Assembly: GCA_040954595.2 (NCBI GenBank)
Contig: CM082586.2
Span: 5,566,509-5,630,508 of the forward strand
Length of the DNA: 64,000 nt
Direction: 5' to 3'
From: Balanoglossus misakiensis
Lineage: Eukaryota; Animalia; Hemichordata
In this document: positions 1 through 13,039 of the stretch, in pieces
How positions within the stretch are numbered: the stretch's first letter is position 1
How the letters are laid out: every line of letters begins with the position of its first letter
Notes under the pieces: generated by a model
What the model was told of the DNA's origin: nothing
Databases searched by the model: none
The model's input: the letters and a program-made list of their open reading frames with translations, nothing else
Position numbers and translations under genes: made by a program

Positions 1-47
1 TGATAATTCTTCAATACAATACTAAGTGCTTATTATTCGCCACACAG

Positions 48-2228
48 ACTTGTATGAAAAGTTGCTTGTTAGAATTCATTGCCGAGAGATGTAATTGCAC
101 AGATGGCAGATACCCTAAACCATTCGGGTACGAAGATGTTCGCCACTGCAAGTACGAAAATGTTAGAGACCGTATGTATCTCATTATACCAGTTGTTTTT
201 CTGCATGGCATGCAAACAATCTAATCATCATCGGGAGAATAAAGTCGCTGGTATCCCATAGTCTTGATCACGTGCTACTGTTGGTATGCCATGGTAGGTT
301 TGCAGGTTACATGTCGTGCACAAAACGTTGCATTTCAATTCAAGTTAAATGCCACGAGTATTCAGCGTGCGCTCAGTTTTTCCAAGTGAAAAGGAAATGT
401 TTCTGATAATTACTGATTCAATATTTACACAGGTGATTGTAGAAACGGTGCCGATAGATTGTATCACAGCAACAACGTGACATGTAACTGCCCTGTAAGA
501 TGTTCGTAAGTATATAGAGTAATTTCTCTAACAAGTTAACAATAGAAAGATTGGATTGACCAACTATTATATGACAATCCAGTTTTGCGTTGGTCATAAT
601 TGTTTTTTAATTGTATAGTTTACAATGTCAGACTATGTTGCATTACATACATTTTAGGTAACAGACCCAGCTTTCACAAACACATTAATCATGGTACATA
701 CAACGTTTTAAATGCTTTTACTTTTACATTTAAAGCTATGGTATCGTTGACCATTATATCATTATTAAAAGATTACCTTTATGCTATAAATATTTGTTCA
801 TAAGTTGATTCCGTCCATATCTGACAGACGACGGCAATATTCATGATGTCCCCTACATGTAAACATTTCCGATTATGTCACTCCATGTAAATTATGTAAT
901 CTTGTTTTCTTATTTTCAGAACAGTAAAGTATAAGAAGGAAACTTTCTCGTCGGGTTGGCCTGCATTAAATTCGGAGGTGAGAGTCAGTAGCGTACTTTC
1001 CGCTCATTGCGTGATCTCGCGAGACTTGGTTAATTACCTAAGCAACGGGTTGCTACCTAAGACAAGCAAGTCAATCGTTGTATGGAATTAGAATAGGTGA
1101 AGAGTTTTTGTGTCGTTTAGCATGATGGGACGAGTTGTTTGTCCTGTGTCACATGAGAATGACCTGACATTGCCTAGCCACGCGAGATCACGCAGTTTCT
1201 CGTGGTGTTCGGAAAATGGTCTATTTTGATACTAATTTCCATAAGGTTGAATTGTTTCTTCGTTGTCTGGTTGTTGTCATGAACTCGGCTCCAATGATCG
1301 TTATAAATATTCTCTCTTCCTCTGCTACTTTAATTTTCTAGGCCTTTGTCCGAGAGAATGCAAAAAACAGAAATTCTAAACTAAAAAGTTTAATAGAGGA
1401 GGATGAAAGAACTGGACAAGACCTGTTTGGGTAACAATATTTATTTATACTAACATAACTCTGTATTATGACCATGTATTTCATATATTTAGACATGGCA
1501 CACGCCAAAGAAGTAAACATCATCTCCAAAGTGAAGATGAAAGTAACTGTAACGTTAATAAGGACATGTTGCTGTGTGGTACCCATATTCTTGTAATTCA
1601 GCCATTGTCTTCTCCAACAGGCGAAATGTATTAAAACTGCAAGTGTATTACAAGGATCTGAACTACCAATACATCAGTGAATCCCAAGCATACACGGTAA
1701 TTATGATCCAGTTCTATCTGAGTACCAACAGCAGTTGTATTAGTTGTTTTGGTAATGATAAATACGAAAGTAATTCCATAATTTACACCAAAAATGATCT
1801 GAGTGTTAACTTCGTTGTGGTCATCTGCGATCAATGCATTCATATAAACTGTCCACAAATCGTTTTTTCAGAGAGTAGACTTACTCAGCGACATTGGTGG
1901 GAATCTAGGACTTTGGATAGGGCTGTCTGTCCTAACCTTGTTGGAGTTTGTCGAGCTGGTTTTCGACTTGATTGCAACCCTAGGGTTCCATTTAACAAAC
2001 GGACATCGCCGGAACAGGAAGACAGAGCATGAAGCAAGCACTGCCAAGGAAGCACTGCCGTATACAAGTGGTGGACTTACTATCTCTAATGTACACGATG
2101 ATGTGTATTACGTACGGAGAAGGTTCAGTGACCGCGATGTAGATCTTGGTGTTTATTCACCACACACAATGAACAACTACACAAACGACAAAGTGAGCCA
2201 GTTGCCAAATAACTGGTGGAAAATATGA
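48..2228 (+). CDS. DEG/ENaC (ASIC/FaNaC-like) channel subunit, 3' portion; the gene starts upstream of the window
   Basis: GT/AG exons 48-171, 433-505, 920-977, 1342-1430, 1621-1696 and 1872-2228 join in frame. They give the Cys-rich thumb (CMKSCLLEFIAERCNC...CNCPVRC), WP motif, NVLKLQVYYKDLNY and TM2 LLSDIGGNLGLWIGLSVLTLLEFVEL; stop TGA at 2226-2228. Confidence 0.93.
995..1223 (+). mobile_element. MITE-like dispersed repeat (family A), near-full-length copy in an ENaC intron
   Basis: Begins TTTCCGCTCATTGCGTGATCTCGCGAGACTT and ends CGGAAAATGGTCTA. Matches the reverse complement of 58213-58462 and partial copies at 10815, 28484, 29575 and 47093. Confidence 0.75.
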
Positions 2229-3778
2229 CATATAACGACTGATCAACAGTTCAGTGTCAGTATATGAATTGCACATTCGTACAATGTTACATTCGAGAGA
2301 TGAGGAAGAGAGTAAAGACATAAATACATTCATGAATTTGTGCGTGTACCGGTATTTCAATTTTGTCTATGAATAAACACACAAAGGTTCAATACAAGTA
2401 GATCACTTATGCAGCTGCATTCAGAAAACAATTAAGAATACAGACAACAAGGCTCATTTCAGCACTCTTGTTTGTCAGGCAGAATGGAAAATAGGCTTTT
2501 TACGATGAAAAATCTATATAGAAGCATTCGATATTAAATCTCACCAACTTTAGAATGATGATTACTAAGGACTATTGGAAAAGTATTTGTAAAATATCAT
2601 TTTTGATATTACAGTATTAAAATTCTAAGGGGCAGCCTCAAAGAATTGTTTTCTCTTTTATTTTATGTTTTACAAATGACCAGTTTGCAGTAATATTACA
2701 ATTGGTTTGTTATAATTAACAAGTATTTAAACGTCGTGGATTCGACTTTGTTGGGACGCAAAAACATGACTGGCATTCAGGTTTTTTGGAAAATGGCGTC
2801 AATAAAGATGTCTGTCACAGGTGACATTAACATTCTTCAAAGCTAAAGTAACAAAACCACTGACCAACAAGATGCAATTGACCCAGATTATTATTCATAG
2901 CGTATCATTTTCACTTTATGTGATCAGTTGTGGGTGGAGGGCAATTATTGTCAATTATCAAATGTGAGGGCTTTAGTAAAAGAGTGCAAACAACCTTCCC
3001 ATGAATGTATGTCAACACTTGATAGCTATGCTCTACTAAACAAATGGCATTGTTCATTAGTTTCGACTTCCTGCCAATCGTCAACATTTTCACCCCAGTT
3101 CCCTCTATAGAGGTCCAACTTTACCATCGAAAACAATGGATTTGGACCAAACCATGGTGGTGAAAGGGTAAAAACACACACATAAGAGAAGATGTATTGT
3201 AAAACTATCTCAGAGCAGCCTTTACTGGGTTAATAAAAAAACTGTATAACAATACAATTCCATATACATATATTAAGCATATTAAAACAGAATTTCCATT
3301 GTAGCATGTTATTATGTTAGAAAGTTAACCACAAATTTCATCTTCACATTAGTGTACATTTACAATTATGCCATTACAAGAACAAGGCATACATATAACA
3401 TATGTTCACATTTGGGGCACAGTCAGTAGCTGTCATTTTTTTTTCATAAAGAATAAATATCAATTACATATCTGTTGTTGTCGAATGTCATGATCTGTGA
3501 TACAACGACACAGCCAGTAGCAATCACATCAAAGACAGACTTTCAAAACAATGGAAGCCCTATTATTATGCTTAGACTGGTACAGATAATGATTTATTTG
3601 TGAAAATTAAAAAAAGAAAAGGTTTAGGAAATTTCTTTCAGAATCAAAAGTACTGGGTAAAGTTCAGAATATTTCATTTTCCAATCAAAAAATATATTGG
3701 GACTTTAATTTTAATGTGCAATCTACGCTTTGAATTCTTTGTAAATGAAAGTAAGCTGCTTGGGTTGGTGTGTTGTCA

Positions 3779-6278
3779 TCACACTTTGGGGTCGCCAGCG
3801 ACAATTTGGCCCTCTATTCCACACTCATCAACGCCTCTTAGTATCTTGAAAAATCCTGGAAAATATGAATTAAAAAGATGTCAATCGTATAACCTCCTGA
3901 CTATTCAATATCAATGCTGATGTCTCAGGATGTATCTGCTGCATGCAAATGAGTGTTCTTGTGTGTTAGACACAATTAAACTAAGTTATGAAGAAGAGAT
4001 GGACAGAGCATGTTAGCGTCCCCAACGGCCAAAATTCAAACTTTTATGCACCTCTCAATCCTGGCCATGGAGCATGCACTATTACTTCAGTATATTACTG
4101 AAGGAGTTCAAAAACCTGCAAAAACATGGCCTTCAGATTCTTAGAATATCTATAACGGTGAACCTTTTTAACAACTAACAGTATGCCTATGTAACTGTAT
4201 ATAACTGATTAAAAGTATGTAATGTATTTGCCAGTGTCAGACCACACTTTTGAGTTTCTTACAGGAAATATACATGTGGTTCATCTAGGCTATGATCAGT
4301 ACAGATTGTCTGGCAGTTCCTTTGCATGGAATTTACCTTGATCTCCCCAATCTTCATTCCAGGAGTTGGCAACCAGCCAGTAGTCCTTACCATCTTCGTT
4401 GCCCCACCCAAGGATCTTGATGGCGTGACCACCAAGTGCTTCCCCTGTTTCATGCTGGTACACACCTGATGGCAAAAAGACAGAAAGTTCACCAACAGCT
4501 GGTACAGGAGTGTGTTCTTTTTGAATAGCACCAGGCTGCTAGTACATCCTATACTGGGTTGTAAGCATCCTAGTTCATGAACTAGATATAGGATGTTGAA
4601 AGTCTCCTGCCTATGGTGATTTTCAATGTCTGTCTTTTACTCACCTTTCTTGTAACTAGGGAAATCAGCATAAACTGTGAAAGCGCCCTCTACTGGACCG
4701 TTCTTGTAGATTTCGGTCATGATTTGCTGAACATCAGAACTGACCGCATATGACTTCATACCTGAAATATGCAAGATGTATATGAAATATGAAATGAGTT
4801 GAAAGTAACAGGGAACTTTGCGAGTGAAAACTTGTGACATTTTCTCTCTCTCTAAAACTCACCATAGTTTTTGTCATCAGTGTAGGTGACATTGTACCCC
4901 TCTTCACATTTTTTCACACACTGTGGAGTTGGTACTATATCTCCGCATGGTGGGTACTTTCCGGTGACATGGTGATCGCAGTGTGGCAGGGAATACGTCG
5001 AACAGCCTTGCTTGGTTCCGTACTGACCACCAGAAACCAGACCCGTGTTTACCCAAAATTCCCAGGCTCCACTTGGAAAACCACCATCACATCTGAAAAG
5101 AATATTTCAACAAGCAATTCATTTGTTTGTTAGTGGGTGTGTATGTCTGTCTGTCTGTCTGTCTATATGTACATGTATGTATGTATGTATGTATGTATGT
5201 ATGTATGTATGTATGTATGTATGTATGTATGTATGTATCACAGTATGTATGTATGTATGTATGTATGTATGTATGTATGTATGTATCACAGTATGTATGT
5301 ATGTATGTATTTTTATTGTGTTGATAAAAGGTATAATCGCGATGGTTGTTCAGCACAGACAATTATGAACTAAGACAGGACTGTATCATGAAAGTGGCAC
5401 ATTTGCTAATTGAATAGTTCTACTAGTATCTTCTGTGTAACCACTCACCCATCACCACACATCATTCCGCAACAACACAACAAATCTTCAGCCGACACAT
5501 GGATGTTCACTTTACCATTAGACGCGATGCAGTAACGATCACTCATAGCTTCCACTGCACCAAATGCCTATAAGGACAGACAGATACATGAGTTGGAAAG
5601 ACATCACACAAATACAGATTTTTGATTCATACATGTATCAATATTGGACTTTTGGGGATCTTTTTATCCTCATTTAAACCATGATAAGAGTTTGGCTTTT
5701 GTCCTACTTTCATGTGAGTGTTAAGAACGTGCACATGAAGAACAGACACTATACCTCTACACTGGAATTATAAACAACACTAATACCAATGATTTTAGAA
5801 AAATTGTCATTTGTTCCTACTCACCCAACAGGATCCACACGAAGCCTGATCTCGGACTTCTTTGACGGTTGGACAATTCGGCCATTGTTCTCTGGCGTCG
5901 AAGTTATCAGGCAGCTGGACATTGGTAGGGTGGTATTTCACTCCCAGTTTTTTAGCTGGGTCCTCTTTCAGTGCCCCACACAGTCCCTTGATGTACTTCA
6001 CAGAAACGCCCTCAAAATTCACACCAGCCTAGGTGGAAATCAACACACAACATGAGTATGAGGTAATGTCCTTCATGTTTTGAAAACAGAAATGCTGGAA
6101 TATTCAAATAAGATCGATTTCTTATCTACTGTCTATGATACAAGCTACATACCTTCCATGTTGTGTTGATAGAGTTGACGTAATCAATGAGTTCTGCGGA
6201 CAAGGCCTGATGGTTTGGTTTGATCTTGGCTTGGCTAACACCAACTATAACACCGAGGAACACAAGAAGGAGCTTCAT
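3779..6278 (-). CDS. CTSB: Cathepsin B (papain family C1A)
   Basis: Exons 6278-6153, 6028-5825, 5567-5449, 5092-4863, 4761-4645, 4465-4337 and 3855-3779. Signal peptide [23 protein letters not shown], catalytic [11 protein letters not shown], occluding loop CDHH, GPVEGAF, GGHA and NSW motifs. Confidence 0.97.
5174..5310. repeat. (TATG)n microsatellite in a cathepsin B intron
   Basis: Tetranucleotide run with two TATCACAG interruptions. Confidence 0.95.
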
Positions 6279-6889
6279 GATCTGAAAGGGCAATTAATTA
6301 CATGCAATTATGCAAGAATTGACAAAATCTTAAGATTTAGAGACCTGGGATGTCCATGATCAGCAAGTGTTATGAGGGAACCTGCGTTTTCAATACAATC
6401 AGCCTAGATCTATTATACGTCGTTTTCAATCACATGACTGTCACGAAAACACAGTTGATCCAGAGTTCAAGAGTCTTCATGTCATGGAAAGTTGTTTTTT
6501 GTTTGTTTGGTGCAGTCATAAAAACCCCACCCCTTAAAATGCTCAGAGCTTGTCCTATGAAATTCAAATGTAAGACCTCAGTCCCTCCTGTGTCGAGGGA
6601 CTGTGGTAAGACTGACTCAGATCTAACTACAAGTACAGTATAGACGTTCTACCCAGAGATGAAGTTGGTCGTTAAAAGTGTTACGAAGTATGATTTTTGG
6701 CCCAGATCTGCGTTAACCGGCTGATCACTTTCACGTTTCCTTTGATTCATGCCGGTTACTAAACCGATCGTTTCACGTGTCGTATGTCCGCGTTCGGATC
6801 TGTGATCGATCGCGAAGCAAGAGCGTCTTTTGACTGGCGTAAATCGGACTAGACGACCATTATCCCGCTCTTAGGATAGTTATACTTAC

Positions 6890-7007
6890 GTTTGACCCTG
6901 TAGTTTCAGATCGCGTCAACCTCCGAAGAAAACTGATCACGAGTGTCTCGGGCAGCGTTTTGTTGTTGAACCCCACAAGCGAGTCACGTGCGTTGAAATC
7001 ACATGAC
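6890..7007 (-). promoter_or_regulatory. Putative cathepsin B non-coding first exon and promoter with CLEAR/M-box motifs
   Basis: Minus-strand donor C|GTAAGT at 6889; acceptor just before the ATG at 6281; GTCACGTG at 6983-6990 and GTCATGTGA (reverse strand) at 6999-7007. Confidence 0.6.
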
Positions 7008-8084
7008 TCAGAAGGTCATTCAGGGTTAAACAATGAGACCCCCTAGGAAAGTCAATATGAGTATGCGTGTTGGTTTTCATGTTGATGGCACTGTTCGAGG
7101 AGTTTTTCTGAATCATAGAGAAATCTTTTCTGTTGGACACAAAGTGCACTTACCAACTCAGTCAGAAACGTCTCATGTTTGACTCTACGCTAGATAAATA
7201 TTGAAACATGATCAGACTTCTTAGTTTGGATAAAATTAATTATCCACACCAGTCTCAGCTGCACGCACGTGTATAACCTTCACGTGGATAATGGAAAATT
7301 GCGTCACATGTATAAAAATCATTAATCTGATTTAAATCAGATCTAGAGAATAGGTACTGGTGATAATTTTGGCTATTCTACTCGGGCTGTTCTGTTCTGT
7401 TCTCCGATCTGTCTTGGTTGTTCTCGAGCGCTCTGATTGGCTTGAGAAAGGGCGAGATGTAAACGAGACTCCTATGGCATAGGTTCAGATGTAGTGTGGG
7501 CCCCTTCCGCGGAACACAGCCAAGAATCAGCAAAAGTAAAGACACACATCTGATTGACGAATCATTTGGCATTGTTTACTATCTAGGTTATTACACCTGG
7601 CGTTCCTCACATACAATTTCGATGTGGAAGCTATTCAATTGACAAACATGATAGAAAATTATGACGAGCAAACTAAAGAAGTGTGGGCCCTGTTTTCCTG
7701 ACATCAAATTGTCAGTTTAGTAAATATCAATATATGTTGTTTACAAATGTCAACAGATATTTGTTTACTATCGACGGCCAGCTCATGAATTTATGATGTC
7801 TGCAGATTTGCATACGGACTGCAAGTGTGGTTAAGAATTAAGAGTTCCGCTTTCTTCAGTAACGCTGACCACTTGCACGACCCTTCAACCATCATTTCCT
7901 TTTACGTGCAAAATCACTTCTGCTAGTGATAAGGGCACTGGCATGGTTTACGACCGGTCACAGATTTTGGAATAGCGACTTCAAAGAACTGTTCATTGGT
8001 TTCACTTCAATAACAGAGCTAACGTTGACACAGTTTGACCGTTGCGTCTTTAAGGTTATTTTCTTAAAAGGGTTTAAATCTGCC

Positions 8085-11000
8085 ATGGAAACAGTAATGA
8101 GAGTGCAGAAGAACGGCCCGTGGAAACTCGTCATTGCGTTAATGGTGACAGGGGCAGTGATTTGGTAAGCATAAAATGAAAAAACTCTTTCACTTCTTCC
8201 ATGGGTACTGGGTGGATCTGAGAACACTCAGCAAAGGTCATTTTGTTCTGCCCCCATGTTCAAAATATAGAACACCCATTGTATTAGTGCAACAATAGCG
8301 TTGAGTTCGTAGTAATGGATAAGCGTACAGTTCTGGAGTCGAAATCACATAGTGACACCCATTTGACCAGACATACTTGTATGTCGTGTGAACTTTGCAC
8401 TATGGTATATGAAAGGCACCAGCTTAGAACACACGAGATTTGTCGAAAACATAAGAACACGGTTCACTCTCGGTCACAGTAAACAACACTGCACTGTCCT
8501 AGATCTTTATACGTTGCATTCTATCCAATCTGATTAAAATCAGATGTAGGGAACGGCGACGTGTTTTTTTTATGCTGTCGCGACAACATAAAAAAACCAA
8601 GTCGCCGTTCCCTACATCTGATTTTAATCAGATTGCATTCTATCGTGATATTGTGTTGGGCGACATGTCCGAGTTATTTACTCCACACACCGACTCAGAA
8701 TGCCAACCTTCCCAATTGCAGCCGTCTCTTAGTGTCTACAACCCACACTCATTCTTTTACTTTTCTTCAAACCCCTTTTCATTTGTTTTCAATTTTCTTT
8801 AGTTCGTCTCCTGGCACAATGAATTTTCTCGAACAAATAAAGCAAAACTACAGCAGAGAAATTCGACCAAACCACGGAGGTTAGTCTCAATTTGATCATG
8901 CAAATGAGCAGCTCTCTGAACGAGCCCATTTTACTTACACGTATATATACTTCCTGCATATTACGATGTGAGGATGAGTGGTTTTCAAGTAAGATGTCAC
9001 CATGCTTTCACAGTCAACCATGATGTTCTAAAATGCCATAATTTCTGTTCAAAGGAAGTCCGGTGAGAGTAAGATGCTTACTTTACGTGTCTGCATTGGG
9101 AACTGTGAACATGGCAACCATGGTAAGCAGCCGATCCAGGTACCATCACAAGATAATGTGTACTAGTATATCCTATATGTGCTTTCTGGATTGCTTGAAG
9201 GTACATAATGTTAAAGGCCGTGAGAGTTTACCGGGATACGGTATTAAAGGCTTCACTGCCAATGTTTCGTCCAACCACAGCAGATGTAAGATCACACTTC
9301 TGTATTAACACCACAGGATTATTCCGTGACCTTCTATCTCCGCAAAACCTGGTTGGACCCACGTCTTCAATTTGACCCTTCCATCGGCGAGGTCATCTTC
9401 CAGTCGCAGGCTTCCAGAATCATATGGGTTCCCGTCATCTCGTTCCCCGACGAGAAGAACGGCAAAATACACGATTTGACCGACGAAAACGAGATCATTC
9501 AACTGTGGCCCAATGGCACGGTGGTGCGAACGATGAGGTAGGAATACGGATTGTCAATGAGAAGGATGCAAACAACATTTCATTACTGCATTCATCATGT
9601 TATTCGCTACATAAACAAACAAACAAACAAACAAACAACTAAATAAATAAATAAATAAAGGTATTCTATTATAATTATCATCTCATTTTATTTATATGGG
9701 CTAGGTTAACCATGACACTGGTCTGTTACATGAAGGCTGGGAAGTTTCCCATGGATTCTCAGAAATGCTCCTTGATGTTTGAAAGTTGTAAGTAATGTAT
9801 GCGTGGAAGATTATTAGAAATGATATACATGGCTAGTATAGAACACGGAGTTGTCACAGTGTATTGTAGTATATATTCATTACTACAAAGCTCTTCGGGG
9901 AGTGTGACTTTGTTTCTTGTCTTAATTTCTGTTCTTTGATAGTGGCATACCCGCTGAGTGATATGCTGCTGGAATGGGAAGAGAGAGGAGTGATGATGAG
10001 GCAAGACATGACAGTTTCACAATTCACCGTGGACCCGTCCCCTCTTCTGAGGTCATGTGAAGGTCCATCTTTCTATGTGGGTATGTAGCTGGGTTCGGTG
10101 TCGAGGGGGCGATCGAGGGTGTGCGGTCTATAGATCGAGAGACAGCCAGAGATAGACGGATGGAGGGAGGTGGAGAGAGAGAACGAGGGAGAGAAAGCGA
10201 GAACGAGAGAGAAAGAGAAAGAGAGAGGAGAAGAGAGAAAGAGAGGGGAAAGATAGAGGGGAGAGAGAAAGAGAGACGGACGGACGGACGGACGGACGGA
10301 GATCAGTATTATCCGTCATGAATCAACGAATGTTCTAAAATGTTATATGTCCCATAAGTAAACATTTCTGGCCGTATCAATATCCTTCCTCTACACATTC
10401 ATATCTCTAGGCCCCTAACTCCCCCCTTTTCGCGCATCTTGTTTCAGATTCCTTTTCTTGCTTGGAAGTTGTTTTCGGGTTACACCGCTCAGCGACTCAT
10501 TACCTGTTACAAGTCTATCTAACGAGTGCGCTGGTTGTTTGTCTTTCGTGGATTTCATTCTGGATAAACCCTCGGTCCGAACCGGCTAGAGTTACCCTGG
10601 GAATGACCTGTGTGCTGACCTTGAGTACTGAAATCTCCGGAGTTCAAAACTCAGTTCCTGACACCAATACTGCGTCCGTGAGTTATGGCACATTTAAACA
10701 ATACTGTAACAATATCCTTCTGTGTCAAAGGTATACACATATTAAGCAAGTGATTATATTAGGAAGGCACTGAAATCATGTAATACAGAATATGTAGCGA
10801 GAATTTAACAAATAGTGTAACTCTTGCGCCGTTTAACACGATGGTTAACATGTTTTCCTGTGTTACATGACAATGTCCTTCCATATAAACTGTCCAGCTT
10901 GCGAGATCTCGCGAGGTGTTGTGGAGTTGGAAAATGATCTATCTCTTACAAAACCTCACGTTGGAACAAGCGAAAGCCAAGTAGTTTACATGTATATATT

Positions 11001-11569
11001 AAACTGTATTCTCTTCTTATCGTTTTCTCATTAGGCAATTGACGTGTGGTTGGCGATGTGTTTGCTGTTTGTCTTTGCCGTTCTTGTTGAATTTGCCACT
11101 GTGAGTTATGGCTACACGAGGCTTAGAAAACGTCGAGTCAAAAATTGCCCAAACAACTCGAAAGGGAAGAGTGTTCAAGAGTTGCAGGTGAGAGCATAGA
11201 CCCTAGAGTTTTGTAGTTCAGAATGCAAGACTTCTTGTTTAGGGTATTTTAAATATGACCAACATTTCTGCTTGGCATTTATCTTACAACTTTCTGTCAG
11301 TCAGTCTGTCTGTCTGTCTGTCTGTCTGTCCGATTTCGCCTTAGAATATGGACCAAATGGACAGCGATAATGAAGATGACGTAGTCATTGAGATGGACTT
11401 TCAAGCTCCACACACTGACGACAGCAATGCCGAAGTTGACTACCTCACAAGGGCGAAACGATTCTTCACCATTTCCGAGCCGGGAGATTTGGACCATGTT
11501 TGTCGCGTTATCTTTCCTATAATTTTTGTAGCGTTTTGCGTTTTCTACTGGTTCGCCTATCTCGTATAG
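8085..11569 (+). CDS. Cys-loop ligand-gated ion channel subunit, anion-selective type (GlyR/GABA-A/GluCl superfamily), divergent; copy 1
   Basis: Exons 8085-8164, 8803-8879, 9055-9122, 9317-9537, 9705-9787, 9943-10080, 10448-10677, 11035-11187 and 11345-11569. NYSREIRP, WLDPRL, Cys-loop C-YMKAGKFPMDSQK-C, LSWISFWI, PARVTLG, AIDVW and M4 DHVCRVIFP. The first exon (gccATGg, hydrophobic signal) is less certain. Confidence 0.93.
8526..8635. repeat. 110-bp near-perfect palindrome (hairpin/MITE) in intron 1 of channel 1
   Basis: Perfect 35-bp arms at 8526-8560 and 8601-8635; the inner part is also self-complementary around TCGCGA. Confidence 0.9.
10136..10300. repeat. GA-rich low-complexity tract plus (GACG)n
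   Basis: Purine-rich degenerate (GA)n followed by GGAC repeats, intronic. Confidence 0.85.
10815..10941 (+). mobile_element. Family A repeat, 3' fragment
   Basis: GTCCTTCCATATAAACTG...GCGAGATCTCGCGAG...GGAAAATGATCTA matches the other copies. Confidence 0.65.
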
Positions 11570-12358
11570 AACGTTCGAAATCACAGTGTTAATCCTCATG
11601 CATCAGAAATTCTGGAGATTTTTGAACACAGGTGTTTTCCTTATTGCGGAGTATAAATACATTTTCCACACGTTTATCAAAAGAACTAGTTTAATGCATC
11701 CAGAGATTAAGAAATACAACATTGACTGTCTTAAATTTTCAGCATATCCTGAAACCAAAAGTGACCTTATCGGATTTATTATTAAAATGAATATAGAAAA
11801 TAGCATAAGCAAGATTATCATATCAGAGTATAAATGTCAGAATATACAATATATTGGTTTTATAAAATTATAAATTCTGTGCGTTTTATCAACTGCAGTG
11901 CTATTATAGTACATAACTCAATAAAAACGTATATCAGATTTAATATGTTGCCATCTATATTAGCCTCGACTCTCCAGACGGCGTCGAGCATGACCTTTGA
12001 CCTTCTCGTACCAGTAATGCAATCATTCTAAATCTGCCTCTGTTACATCTCGTCATAACATCAGTACACCTGAAATCGCCCGTGAATTGAGAAACTCTAC
12101 AAGCATATATATTCACCCCCAGGACAAATGATCTTAGGTTGGCATATATAAAATATTCTGAGTGTTGCCGTGACAACCTATTCCTAAGCAACCACTGATG
12201 CACATACGCCCTTTTATGGGTAAGAGGATGTGTCTACAGTGGTGTTCTCAGAAATATCTTTGATGCAGCTGCGAAAACAATAAGTATGGAATTGCGTGGC
12301 TTCTACTCATGATCCCCAGTGGTCACACCTGTAGACCAAACGACAATTGTGCGCGCTT

Positions 12359-13039
12359 TTAAACTTTTTTCACCATTAGTTTTATAGTGTCAGGAGAATC
12401 TATATTTTTGAAAGGAACTTCGCCCTTGTATTTGAACTCCTTGTATTTGATTTCTCCAAGAGTTTCGAAGCCCAGTTTCCTGTACAACCTCTGGCTGTAC
12501 TCGCCGGAAGCTTCGACCACGGCGAACGCACACCCGGCTTTCTTGGCGAGTTCCATTCGCAGGTCGGCTAGTGTTGTAGCTATGCCCTGACCGGCATAAT
12601 CACCGTGCACCGCTATTTTGGCACTTTCCATAATTTTACAATCGGGGTTATTTTTGTAACCGGGGAAATCGGCGAACGACTTCTCCAGCTCACCCAAGAG
12701 GGCGTGAATGGGTTTGTAATACTTAAGTTTTTCTTCCGGCACACTTCCAAAAATCCTCGTGTCGTCTTTGACTTTGCAGCTGAGAAACGCTGTCGTTACC
12801 CCGACAACGGCACCGGTATTTCGATCGATGGCGATCTTGGCCAGTCTGTCACCGCAGGAGACTCTGCATATACCGCTGTTGGCTAACAGCTCGACATCGT
12901 AAGGTATCTGCAGGCATACCGACATCGGCTCGCCTCTCAGGAATGCTCGCGTCATGATCTCTGCTGCTTCTGGGATTCTGTCCTCGGTCATGTCGCAGTA
13001 TTCGATATCCGGTGTGTGCTTTTTGTTCGATTCAGCCAT
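12359..13039 (-). CDS. GNAT N-acetyltransferase, insect-type arylalkylamine/dopamine N-acetyltransferase-like (226 aa, single coding exon)
   Basis: F-x-x-x-EP motif (AFLRGEPM), acetyl-CoA motif A VHGDYAGQGIATTL, and EASGEYSQRLYRKLGFE. Confidence 0.88.
   Translation of the reverse strand: MAESNKKHTPDIEYCDMTEDRIPEAAEIMTRAFLRGEPMSVCLQIPYDVELLANSGICRVSCGDRLAKIAIDRNTGAVVGVTTAFLSCKVKDDTRIFGSVPEEKLKYYKPIHALLGELEKSFADFPGYKNNPDCKIMESAKIAVHGDYAGQGIATTLADLRMELAKKAGCAFAVVEASGEYSQRLYRKLGFETLGEIKYKEFKYKGEVPFKNIDSPDTIKLMVKKV

Noticed and set aside
12387-12886. Plus-strand ORFs opposite the GNAT gene (likewise those opposite the GPCR and BTB genes)
   Set aside because: Antisense shadows of real coding sequence.
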